Assembly (NCBI RefSeq): GCF_000737315.1
Contig: NZ_JMCB01000025.1
Location: 40,550 to 104,549, forward strand
Source: Hyalangium minutum
GTDB lineage: Bacteria; Myxococcota; Myxococcia; Myxococcales; Myxococcaceae
Reading direction: 5' to 3'
DNA length: 64,000 nt
A model generated the notes under the pieces. The model saw nothing but the letters and a program-made list of their open reading frames with translations. It was not told where the DNA came from and ran no database searches. This document shows, one piece after another, positions 1-9,679 of this stretch (position 1 is its first letter; every line of letters starts with the position of its first letter). The translations under genes and the position numbers were made by a program.

Positions 1-1100
<1,100 letters not shown>

Positions 1101-1172
1101 CGCGAAGCATCATCTGAGTCACAGCTGGCCCGGTGTTCCCTCGAGGATCACCGGGCCGTTGTGTTTCTGGAG

Positions 1173-2486
1173 CTACCTGCGGAAGGGGCGCGAGCCGCGG
1201 TGGTCTTCCCACCACTGCTGCCACTGATCGATGGCGGCGCGTTGACGGCGGATGGGCCAGTCAGGCTCGAAGCCAATGGCCTGCTGGGAGTGGATGCGGA
1301 GTTCCTGAGCGGCGCGCTCGCGGACGTCGAAGGGGCTGTGAGGGTCGGCAAGCTCCTCGACACAGATGCCGAGGGTCAGCGGCTTGCCGCGCCGGAAGCG
1401 CTTGGCGCCAGAGAAGCGGGGAGCGTGACCGTCCCACCATTGCGTCCAGGTGATGGCGTCCGTAGAGGGGAGACGGATCACGCGGCCAGGCTCCGGTCCA
1501 TCCGCGCCTTCCTCCAGGGCTCGGGCGGTCACGTAGAGGTTGGCGCCTGTCATGAGGTTGAGCGCGGTGCCAGCCGCCAGCCGGACTTCGAGCGCATCCG
1601 AGGCGAGGTGCTCGATGAGGAAGGGGACGGAGGAGGGGACCCCCAGGATGCCGAGCGCCGCGATGGCTCGGGGGGCCAGCTTCGGGTGGGCGCAGAGCTT
1701 CTGAAGGAGGGGGAGGTCCCCCTCTTCCCCCGCCATGGCGAGTAAGCGGGGGAACCCGCCGGGCAGGTCGCCACCGGCTTGGCAGGCCTGGCGGCAGTGC
1801 TTCAGCGCACGGGGAGAGCCCAGGCAGAGGGCTGCGAAAGCCAGAGATTCCCACTCCGAGACAGGAACGAACTGGAGCAGGTTCTCAATGGTTGTGACTG
1901 CGGGCCGGTAGCCGAGCCGGGCCAGCGCCATGACCGCGGCACTGCGCACCTCCAGCGAGGCATCCTCAAGCAGGGGGAGAAGCCGCTCGGCAGTGCCTTC
2001 ATTGCGGCGCCCCAGGATGCGGGCTGCGGTGGCGCGCACCTCGGAGCGCGGGGAGGCGAGCAGACCGGCCACGCGCTCAGCAATTCGAGGATGCTCGGAG
2101 AGCACGAGTACCTCCTCCCAAACATGGAGCAAGTCCGCGGCAGTCTCTTCCACCGTGTCTAGCGCCTCGCTCAGTCCATCGGTTCCGTCCTTCTGCTGGA
2201 AGGAAATGATGGCGTAAGCTCCCGCAGTGACCTGGGACTCGTCGCCACCCGCCATGGCTTCCCGCGCTAGCTCAAGAGCAAGAGTGCCTCCCACACGCAT
2301 TGCATCGACATGTGCTTCAATCCGGTCATCTAGATCGCCGAGCTTGGTCCAGGGGGAGTCGGGGGCATGCGCACATCGCTTTCGTTGGCCAAGCAGAAAC
2401 TCAATCTCGGAGAGATGCTCCTCATGAAATGCGAGGAGGAACTTCGCGAGTCCTGGGTGCTGTGAAAGAGAGGGAAGTGCTTTCAT
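1173..2486 (-). CDS. TIGR02270-family HEAT-repeat protein (T6SS auxiliary cluster, PA0101-like)
   Basis: N-terminal HEEHL..EFLLGQR..AP....LGDLDDRIEAHVDAM signature plus HEAT-like repeats; start placed at MKALP (2486), while the ORF track extends to 2534. Confidence 0.85.
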   Translation of the reverse strand: MKALPSLSQHPGLAKFLLAFHEEHLSEIEFLLGQRKRCAHAPDSPWTKLGDLDDRIEAHVDAMRVGGTLALELAREAMAGGDESQVTAGAYAIISFQQKDGTDGLSEALDTVEETAADLLHVWEEVLVLSEHPRIAERVAGLLASPRSEVRATAARILGRRNEGTAERLLPLLEDASLEVRSAAVMALARLGYRPAVTTIENLLQFVPVSEWESLAFAALCLGSPRALKHCRQACQAGGDLPGGFPRLLAMAGEEGDLPLLQKLCAHPKLAPRAIAALGILGVPSSVPFLIEHLASDALEVRLAAGTALNLMTGANLYVTARALEEGADGPEPGRVIRLPSTDAITWTQWWDGHAPRFSGAKRFRRGKPLTLGICVEELADPHSPFDVRERAAQELRIHSQQAIGFEPDWPIRRQRAAIDQWQQWWEDHRGSRPFRR

Positions 2487-2573
2487 GTCAGGTGAGTTGA
2501 TGACACATGCGAGCTTTGTACGCACTCCCCTCAACCTTCTGCGAAGGCTTCGGGATCAACGGGAGCACTCACC

Positions 2574-3608
2574 ATGACAGGGGAGGTTGTCCTAGGGCTA
2601 GGCCTTTGTACCCCCGTGGGAATATCGGCGCAGATGTCGCTCGCATCCATGCGGGCAGGGATCTTACGCTTCGTGGAAACAGAGGTGGAAGACGGCTTCG
2701 ACGAACCCGTACGGGCCTCGCGACTTGAGCTCTTGGAGACGTCTCTGACACGTACCGAGCGAATGATCCTCCTTGGGCGAGAGGCACTCGCGGAGGTGAG
2801 GCATCTGTTCGCGGGAGCACAGGCGAAGCCAATTCCTCTGTATCTGGGAATACCGGAGCCTGGGATAGGCGCAGCGGTAGAGCGAGAACCCCTGCTGGCC
2901 GCGTTGCAGGAGGTGGCAGGGGAGCAAGTCAGGTTCATGGAAGTACAAGAAGGAGGTCGTGCTGCATTCTTCGAGGCGTTGGTTGCTGCACGGGAAGACC
3001 TGCGGTCAGGTAGGGCCGGCCATGTGGCGCTGGTGGGGGCAGTGGATTCGCTATGCGATAGAGTTTCGCTGAACGCACTAGCGGAGGCGAGAGTGCATCT
3101 CGGGCCTGAAAATCCGGATGGCCGGATCCCAGGTGAGGCAGCCGGATTTGTCGTTGTCGCCCGTCCGGGCGGTCCAAAAGCGGTGAGTCGTCAAGCGTTG
3201 GGAGTGGTTTTAGGCGCCGAACTGGCGATGGAACCCCTGCCCTTCAGCTGTCAGGGGCCAAGCCAAGCGGACGGACTGACTAGGTTATTCCGGAACTTGA
3301 GCCGAGACCCGGTAGCAGGAGCACGACGCATGGACGCAGTCCTGGCCTGTCAACCCGGAGAGTCATTCTGGTCCACGGAGTTTTCGAGAGCTTACCTTCG
3401 AAACGCGGCATGGATGCCTGAGCCGCTGCGATGGAGGTCTGCAGGAGAGTTCCTTGGCGATGCGGGAGCAGGGGCGGGTCCTGTCATGTTAGGCGCAGCA
3501 CTCTCTTGGGCAACTCGACAGGCTGAGCAGTCGCGGACTGTGGTCTATGGGTGCTCAGATGGAGGACGGGTGGGCGCCTGTGTCGTAGAGACGTTCTCAG
3601 CGGGATGA
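2574..3608 (+). CDS. Thiolase/beta-ketoacyl-synthase-like T6SS accessory protein (PA0098-like)
   Basis: GLGLCTPVG start, GRIPGEAAGF, GDAGAG; no evident catalytic Cys in the EGGRAAF segment; GGGAG RBS at 2561-2565. Confidence 0.85.
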   Translation: MTGEVVLGLGLCTPVGISAQMSLASMRAGILRFVETEVEDGFDEPVRASRLELLETSLTRTERMILLGREALAEVRHLFAGAQAKPIPLYLGIPEPGIGAAVEREPLLAALQEVAGEQVRFMEVQEGGRAAFFEALVAAREDLRSGRAGHVALVGAVDSLCDRVSLNALAEARVHLGPENPDGRIPGEAAGFVVVARPGGPKAVSRQALGVVLGAELAMEPLPFSCQGPSQADGLTRLFRNLSRDPVAGARRMDAVLACQPGESFWSTEFSRAYLRNAAWMPEPLRWRSAGEFLGDAGAGAGPVMLGAALSWATRQAEQSRTVVYGCSDGGRVGACVVETFSAG

Positions 3609-3620
3609 AGAGGAGGATCC

Positions 3621-4961
3621 ATGGCAGACGTTTTCGCCAACGGCCGTTCCATTCTCCACAAGGGGGATGGCAACACTCACGTCTCGGCACCACCCGATGT
3701 TTGCAAAGTGCCGACACCCGGAGGACCTGTTCCTACTCCCTTCGTGAACTCAGCTCAGGATTCGATGCTCGACAAGGGCAGCCAAACGACGACCATCGAG
3801 GGGCACCCGATTGCGCTGGCGGATTCTGAGCTCAGTGTCAGCTCCGGGGACGAACCTGGGACGGCTGGAGGCCTCGTGTCCTCCAAGTTCAAGGGGAAGA
3901 TGGCTTGGAGCGCCGTCAGCACGGACGTCAAGGTCGAAGGCAAGGGAGTAGCGCGGTTCTTGGATCCCACCCTGCACAACGGCAATACCTTCAACATCTG
4001 TTTCATCTCCCGGGGAGGAACCGGGCTGGCGTATGGCGACGATGCGAAGTGCCCAGCATGCGGGCAGGCTGGACGGAAGCATCGAGTACTCGAGACGCCT
4101 CTGGCCAAAGGGGCTGTCGGAGCCATCTTCCTGGAGCTCGACAAGCGCCTCAAAGAACAGAAACCTTTGATCGAACAACACCGCAAGTTGCGAGCAAAGC
4201 GCAAGGCGCTGACAGTCAAGTCAGAGAGAGAAGCCAACGCGGCGTCGTTGTCTCTAAAGCCAAAAGAAATGCAAAAGCAGCAGTTGATGCTGCTTCGTGA
4301 GCAAGCCATCGCGCAGAAGTTGATCGCGAAGCTCCAAGAGATTGGTCCTCAGATTCATAAGATTGACGGTGAACTCAAGCCTGAGTACGACAAGATAAAG
4401 GAGATGAGGCGTAGGTATAAAGCTGAGATAGATAAGATCAGCCAAGAGATGAATAGGATCAACGAGGAGATTGACCAGAAAAACCCGGTGCTGGACCTCA
4501 ATGATCAGGAAGGCACATTCGTCGATGGCTACATGGTAGGGGCCTGCATCTGTAAGTGCGTCGGCAAGGAGCCGAAGATGCTTGCTGCTCGTTCTGGAGC
4601 TTCCAATGCGGCGTTCAAGACAGCGGCGTCCGCTGCGGGCTTCGAACCGGTTGCGGGTTTTAGAATGAGCAGCAACCAGCAGGCGCACATCCAGATGGTG
4701 GGGCGTGCCAAATGGGAATGTGCCGCTCCCCAACTACTCTCCTCAGGACGGGCGGGCGGGCACAATGTGAAGACCATGTCAGAGCGCCTCTATGCGCCGG
4801 AGGCACGTCCATCTCCTTCTGTGAGGTACAAACGAACGGATACGAAGGGCACGAGGAAGAGAGAGGAGCAGTTCAGCCACGGAGACTCAGTCCCTTCCTG
4901 TAAAGAATGCCAGAAACTTATTCCGGAAATGCTTTGCTACAACCGACAGGAATGCTCTTGA
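3621..4961 (+). CDS. DUF4150 (PAAR-like) effector with CxxC, coiled-coil linker and C-terminal putative toxin domain
   Basis: PDVCKVPTPGGPVPTPFVN...GDEPGTAGG...DVKVEGKGVARFLD is DUF4150; C-terminal CAAP...SCKEC motif. Confidence 0.88.
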   Translation: MADVFANGRSILHKGDGNTHVSAPPDVCKVPTPGGPVPTPFVNSAQDSMLDKGSQTTTIEGHPIALADSELSVSSGDEPGTAGGLVSSKFKGKMAWSAVSTDVKVEGKGVARFLDPTLHNGNTFNICFISRGGTGLAYGDDAKCPACGQAGRKHRVLETPLAKGAVGAIFLELDKRLKEQKPLIEQHRKLRAKRKALTVKSEREANAASLSLKPKEMQKQQLMLLREQAIAQKLIAKLQEIGPQIHKIDGELKPEYDKIKEMRRRYKAEIDKISQEMNRINEEIDQKNPVLDLNDQEGTFVDGYMVGACICKCVGKEPKMLAARSGASNAAFKTAASAAGFEPVAGFRMSSNQQAHIQMVGRAKWECAAPQLLSSGRAGGHNVKTMSERLYAPEARPSPSVRYKRTDTKGTRKREEQFSHGDSVPSCKECQKLIPEMLCYNRQECS

Positions 4962-4964
4962 GTC

Positions 4965-5690
4965 ATGAATAAATTGTTGATGCTCCTCCAGCGCTATGTG
5001 CCTGACTATCAAAATCTGATTGAAGGAGTTCATGGGTGGGCATTGGAGGAGTTGGAGGAGGTCTTGGGACGGCCTCTTCCCGGCTTCTATCGGACCTTTG
5101 CCACCTTCATGGGCAAGAGGGCAGGGCCCCTTCTTGAACATGTGCATGGTTATGATCCGCTCGAAGTGATGGACTTCTATCAGTTGACCCCTGCGTCATA
5201 CCTGCCGCCAAAGCGGTTTCTATACGTCTTTGGGGATTCTTCGACGGATGCCCAGCACTACTGGCTGGATTTGGAGGCCCCATCTGAAGACGAGGATTGC
5301 CAAGTGGTGAGGATCCCCTTGGGCAAGGAGGCTTGGAAGACCCGGCTCTCCCAAGCCTATGTCAGTCTCCAGGAAATGCTTTTCGTGTGGGCAATGAGGT
5401 ATGTGGGGCTTCCGACCTTTGAATATGACGCAGAATATCTGCTCGACATGGCCCCACCCGACAGTGAGCAAGAGGTGGAGGGGCTGGCTCATGTCTTTGT
5501 GAAGCTTGGTTTTGCTCGACTCTCCTATCCTCGGAGATGCATGCTTTTCGAGCGGGACGATGCTGGTATTGAATTGTATCGGCATCCCTCTGCTTCTGGG
5601 CTTTCTTTCCGGGTAGGCATGCAGGGACGGGAGGAGTTCCGGCGCTTTCAGGCCATCGTCGAAGACATAAAAGGAATAAAGGCAGTGTAG
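4965..5690 (+). CDS. SMI1/KNR4 (SUKH)-like immunity protein
   Basis: LEELEEVLGRPLPGFYRTFATFMG matches the SUKH N-terminal motif; 3 bp downstream of the toxin gene. Confidence 0.75.
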   Translation: MNKLLMLLQRYVPDYQNLIEGVHGWALEELEEVLGRPLPGFYRTFATFMGKRAGPLLEHVHGYDPLEVMDFYQLTPASYLPPKRFLYVFGDSSTDAQHYWLDLEAPSEDEDCQVVRIPLGKEAWKTRLSQAYVSLQEMLFVWAMRYVGLPTFEYDAEYLLDMAPPDSEQEVEGLAHVFVKLGFARLSYPRRCMLFERDDAGIELYRHPSASGLSFRVGMQGREEFRRFQAIVEDIKGIKAV

Positions 5691-5727
5691 ACGGCCCGGC
5701 AGGTCCTCTATGTGCTGGCGGTCTACA
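5686..5727. terminator. Imperfect hairpin between convergent immunity and DUF2169 genes
   Basis: TGTAGAC (5686-5692) and GTCTACA (5721-5727) arms with further imperfect pairing; no U-tract. Confidence 0.3.
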
Positions 5728-5736
5728 GACTTGAGC

Positions 5737-6777
5737 TCAAAGTGAACCTTCCCAGGGTTCTAGCTCCCGGACGAGGCTGTACTCGTGCTGGGCCAGCTCT
5801 CGGTGGGCGGGAACTGCCGCGCGCCAGATCAGCGTCAGGGTTCGAGCCTCAGGCTCGAGCAGCACGGCGTCCAAGGCCAACTCCCTGCGGTCCACCCGAT
5901 GGCGGAACACGGTCTTGGCCAACAATCGATAGCGTGGGAGGGGAAAAGCAAGCTGCCCATCCGGCGAGAAGCCCGAGAGCACCACCGGCTCTCCTCCCTT
6001 CAACCCAGGAGATGCGATGAGTCCTGGTGAAGCTGCATGAAAGAAGTGGGGATCAAAGTCACGAGGCCACAGCGGGGCTCGTTGCTCCACCCAGGCCTCG
6101 TCATACGTTCCTGCCAGCTGGAGGCGGGGTTGCCAGCTCCGGGCGATAGGGCCAAAGCCTGCAGGCGCTACGCGATCCGTGGGACTCGAGATCTGCTGGA
6201 GGGGATCCTCCAGGTTCGGTAGGGGCTGCTCGACCGCCTCCTTTACAGAGCCATACAGGCCCATTCCCACAGGGTTTCTTGGCTCGTATGCGAGAGGCTC
6301 CTTGCCCGTGGCTGCGGCTACTCCGCCGAAGCTGCGCTCGTAGCGCAGCGGCATGGACTCGAACGGCCTGGGCGCCGAGGCCTTCAGCCCCAATGCGCCC
6401 CGGTACCACACCCGTGTCCCGAAGACGCGGACCCCCTTCTGGCATGCCCCTACCTTCACGGCCGCCAGCAATTCCGGCACCGGCTTGCCTCCAGGCGCCC
6501 ATGCATGACCCGAGACGTAGATGTCCGTTCCTGGCCGGATATAGGCCGTCTGTCCCTCGTAGCGCAGGCTCGAGGCACCAGGCTCGCCCCAGTAGACGTC
6601 CTCCATCACGGGCGGGCGTTGCTCCTCGCTCGGCTTGGGCGGATTTTGAGAGGGCCGGCCTGCGGGAGGTAACTCGAACCGGCCAGCAACGCAGATGAGC
6701 AGCAGCTCCTCGCCCTCCTTGTTCATCGAGGGCAGGTCCACAGCCTTGAAGCGGGTGAGGTTCTCGAGGTTCGGCAT
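5737..6777 (-). CDS. DUF2169 T6SS adaptor/chaperone
   Basis: DVYWGEPGASSLRYEG, KPGT-like RPGTDI, YERSFGG, NPVGMG, PNLED, GFGPI..SWQPR...AGTYD..W. Confidence 0.93.
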   Translation of the reverse strand: MPNLENLTRFKAVDLPSMNKEGEELLLICVAGRFELPPAGRPSQNPPKPSEEQRPPVMEDVYWGEPGASSLRYEGQTAYIRPGTDIYVSGHAWAPGGKPVPELLAAVKVGACQKGVRVFGTRVWYRGALGLKASAPRPFESMPLRYERSFGGVAAATGKEPLAYEPRNPVGMGLYGSVKEAVEQPLPNLEDPLQQISSPTDRVAPAGFGPIARSWQPRLQLAGTYDEAWVEQRAPLWPRDFDPHFFHAASPGLIASPGLKGGEPVVLSGFSPDGQLAFPLPRYRLLAKTVFRHRVDRRELALDAVLLEPEARTLTLIWRAAVPAHRELAQHEYSLVRELEPWEGSL

Positions 6778-6804
6778 AGGGACTGCGTGTCACCGCCACA
6801 GCTT

Positions 6805-9078
6805 TCAGTTCTCGGAGATCTTCGAGGCCTTCAGCACCATGTCCCCAGAGGCGGTGACTTCGATCTTCCCGCCCTTGATGACCACCTTGCCGTCCTTCTT
6901 CACCTGGATGGTCGCGCTGCCCACCTGGAGCGTGAACGAGTCCTCTGCCGCCAGCACCAGCTCCTTGCCCTGGATGGCGTAGCTCTCCTTGGCCAGCACC
7001 TGGTACTTGCCCCCCACGTTGAGCAGGTGGTCCTGATCCACCTTCAGGTTGCGCTTCTTCTTCACCGTCTCCGATGCGTCCCCGCCCACGCTCAATGTGC
7101 GGTTGCCCTTCACCGTTTCGGACTTCTTGGCGCCCACCAGCTCCACCTTCGCCCCGCCCACCTGCTCGGACTTCAGCCCGCCCACCAGCTCGTTCATCGC
7201 CCCGCCCACCGTCACCGCGTAGGCCCCGCCGATGTTCACCGCCTTGGCCAGGCCGATGTTCTCCGCCGAGGCCAGCGCCACCGACACGCTCTGCGCCCCG
7301 CCCACCGTGACGGACTGGTTGCCCCCCACCGATTCCGTGTGGTTGCCCCCCACCGTCGTAGAGCGGTTCTTCGTCACGTCCAGGGTCTGGTTGCCCCCAA
7401 TCACTGAGGAGTCGTCCTTCGTCACCTTCAAGGATTGGTTGCCGTGCACTTCGCGGCTCCGGTCCTTCTCCACCAGCAGCTTCTCGTTGCCCCCCACCTG
7501 CTGGGACTTGTCGTTCTCCACGACGATGTTGAAGTCCTTTTGCGCGTGGAAGAACACCTCCTCCGAGCCCGCCGCGTCCTCGAAGCGCAGCTCGTTGAAG
7601 CCTCCTCCTCCCGGGCTCGAGTTCGAGCGCAGCGTGCTCTTCGTCTTCTCTCCCGGCAGATCCAGTGGCGGCGGATGGTGGCCGTTGTACACGCTCCCGG
7701 TCACCAGCGGCCGATCCGGATCTCCCTCCAGGAACTCCACCACCACCTCCTGGCCGATGCGCGGCAGGTACAGCGCACCCCAGCCCGGCCCCGCCCACGC
7801 CTGGCTCACTCGGATCCAGCACGAGCTTTTGTCGTCTCCCTTGCCCTCCCGGTCCCAGTGGAACTGCACCTTGATGCGGCCGTGCTCGTCCGTGTGGATC
7901 TCTTCTCCCGCTGGACCCACCACCACCGCCGTCTGCGGGCCCGGCAGCCAGGGCCTCTGTGTCTTCCGCTCCGGCCGAAAGGGCACTGTCTTGCGCAGGC
8001 AGGTGAAGTGATTGCGGTACGGCTCGTGCCCGTCTCCCGCGTGGCGCACTTGCGTGCCTGGCAGCACCTCCGGCTGCGAACCCCGATGCGCCACCGAGAG
8101 CACCAGGTATTCGCCGTCGTATGCCCCGGTCGGGTGCTCGGCCAGCTCGAACGTGTAGCCCGGGGTCAGCCGTCGGCTGGCGCTCGAGCCTGCCGCCGTC
8201 TCCGCCTTGGCTCGTAGTTCCTCCAGACGGATCTTCGAGTAGCTGCGCCCGGCTCCCACGTCCTCATAGCGGCCCGGGTAGTCGTACACCTCCAAGGCCG
8301 CGTCGGCACCATCCGCCGAGGCGTCCGCGCTCAGGTCGCTGCTGGGCCGCAGGAAGTTGTAGTCCCGCAGCACCACCGCGCCGGGCTGCACCTCCAGCCG
8401 GGAGGCGAACTCGTTCACCGCCTCGGCGCCCGCCACCATGAGCCCCTTCTCGCGGAACACCAGGCGTGACTCGCCGATGAGCGGCTCGTGCACGGAGGGC
8501 GCGTCTCCCAGCACCAGCGTGTGGGCACCTTGCTCGTGCTCGAAGAAGTAGAAGATGCCCTCCTCCTCGAGCAGCCGGGAGATGAAGTCCAGGTTGGACT
8601 CGCGGTACTGCACGCAGTACTCGCGCTTGGGGTAGCTCCCGGACAGTGCCAGCCGGTGCTCCACGCCCGCCTCGCCCAAGAGCTTCTTCACGATGTCCGG
8701 CGTGGTCATCTCCTGGAAGATGCGACTGCGGCGCACGTGGCGCTGCGTCCACAGCCGTGGCACCACGCGCACCCGGCACCGCTTGCGCTCCGGGCCGCTG
8801 CCCTCGTCCCAGCACCGCACGTGGCCGATGAGTCCGTGGATGAAGCGCGCCGAGCCGTCTCCCAGCTGGATCGTCAGCAGCGCGTCCTGTCCGAGCAGGT
8901 CCGCCCCGTTCACCACGATGTCCGGCCCCGGCACCAGGTCGATCTCCGCTTGGTAGGGTGCCGACAGCGTCTCCTCCACCGTGAAGCCCAGCACGGCCAG
9001 CTCCCCGGCCGGGTGGGGACCACATTCGAACTCGAACTCCGCCTGGTTCGCCGCCAGCGGCGCAGTGGCAATCGCCAT
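6805..9078 (-). CDS. vgrG: T6SS spike protein VgrG (no toxin extension)
   Basis: YCVQYRESNLDFISRLLEEEGIFYFF, EIHTDEHGRIKVQFHWDR, SCWIRVSQAWAG.GWG...PRIGQEV.V.FLEGDPDRP, DUF2345-like tail. Confidence 0.97.
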   Translation of the reverse strand: MAIATAPLAANQAEFEFECGPHPAGELAVLGFTVEETLSAPYQAEIDLVPGPDIVVNGADLLGQDALLTIQLGDGSARFIHGLIGHVRCWDEGSGPERKRCRVRVVPRLWTQRHVRRSRIFQEMTTPDIVKKLLGEAGVEHRLALSGSYPKREYCVQYRESNLDFISRLLEEEGIFYFFEHEQGAHTLVLGDAPSVHEPLIGESRLVFREKGLMVAGAEAVNEFASRLEVQPGAVVLRDYNFLRPSSDLSADASADGADAALEVYDYPGRYEDVGAGRSYSKIRLEELRAKAETAAGSSASRRLTPGYTFELAEHPTGAYDGEYLVLSVAHRGSQPEVLPGTQVRHAGDGHEPYRNHFTCLRKTVPFRPERKTQRPWLPGPQTAVVVGPAGEEIHTDEHGRIKVQFHWDREGKGDDKSSCWIRVSQAWAGPGWGALYLPRIGQEVVVEFLEGDPDRPLVTGSVYNGHHPPPLDLPGEKTKSTLRSNSSPGGGGFNELRFEDAAGSEEVFFHAQKDFNIVVENDKSQQVGGNEKLLVEKDRSREVHGNQSLKVTKDDSSVIGGNQTLDVTKNRSTTVGGNHTESVGGNQSVTVGGAQSVSVALASAENIGLAKAVNIGGAYAVTVGGAMNELVGGLKSEQVGGAKVELVGAKKSETVKGNRTLSVGGDASETVKKKRNLKVDQDHLLNVGGKYQVLAKESYAIQGKELVLAAEDSFTLQVGSATIQVKKDGKVVIKGGKIEVTASGDMVLKASKISEN

Positions 9079-9094
9079 GGTGTGTCTCCTCTGC

Positions 9095-9664
9095 TCAGGC
9101 CCCGCGCCGCACCGGGGGAATGTCTTTCTTCAGCTCTCCAGGCCAGCTGCCTTCCTTCTCGGAGCGGAAGATCTTCCGCCAGGTGCCGTCCTTCGTGAAC
9201 GCGCCGGGCGGAATCAGCTCGAACGTCTCGTCCGTCTTGGGATGGTGGTAGACCCTGACGCCCTCGATGGGCGTATCCGTGTCCCGCGCCCGCTCTACCT
9301 CGCCGCGCAGCCAGAGCTCCTCCAGCTTCTTCACCAGCACCGAGTACTCCTCGGGCGTGGGGGCATCTCCGGGATAGAGCTGCTCGAAGAAGGAGCGCTC
9401 GCCGGGGTCCTCCACGCGAGCCCACATCCCTTTGAGCGGAAACTCCGGAGGAATGTAGCGATAGACGATGTCCGTCTCCTTCTCCCGGTACCACTCCTCG
9501 GGCGTGGTGTAGGAGAACAGCTTGCCCACGGGAATGCGCTCGACGGTGCCTTTCTCCAGCTCCGCCGCCAGCCGCAGCTGGAACTCTTGCACCTCGTCGA
9601 GGGCGTTGAACTCCTTGCCAGAGTGCAGCTTGGAGAGGATGGAGCGCTTGGAAAACAAGCCCAC
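9095..9664 (-). CDS. Putative immunity protein with two tandem copies of a ~60-90 aa module
   Basis: Directly follows the VgrG toxin; halves F..RL..ELEKGTVERIP...EEWYREKETDIVYRYIPPEFPLKGMWARV and Y..L...L.ELWLRGEVER....VYHHPKTDETFELIPPGAFTKDGTWRKI. Confidence 0.7.
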   Translation of the reverse strand: MGLFSKRSILSKLHSGKEFNALDEVQEFQLRLAAELEKGTVERIPVGKLFSYTTPEEWYREKETDIVYRYIPPEFPLKGMWARVEDPGERSFFEQLYPGDAPTPEEYSVLVKKLEELWLRGEVERARDTDTPIEGVRVYHHPKTDETFELIPPGAFTKDGTWRKIFRSEKEGSWPGELKKDIPPVRRGA

Positions 9665-9679
9665 GTGGGTCCGCCTTTC

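Noticed and set aside
2482-2577. Plus-frame peptide ELMTHASFVR...SP* ending in an ATGA overlap with the thiolase-like gene, faintly like the DUF2169 C-terminus (ELAQHEYSLVR)
   Set aside because: Similarity too short to distinguish from chance; it would support the inversion model only if confirmed by alignment with relatives
2535-5736. Site-specific recombinase inverted repeats flanking the inverted cassette
   Set aside because: Comparing both junctions by eye showed no shared inverted sequence; the TGTAGAC/GTCTACA pair is local to the right junction
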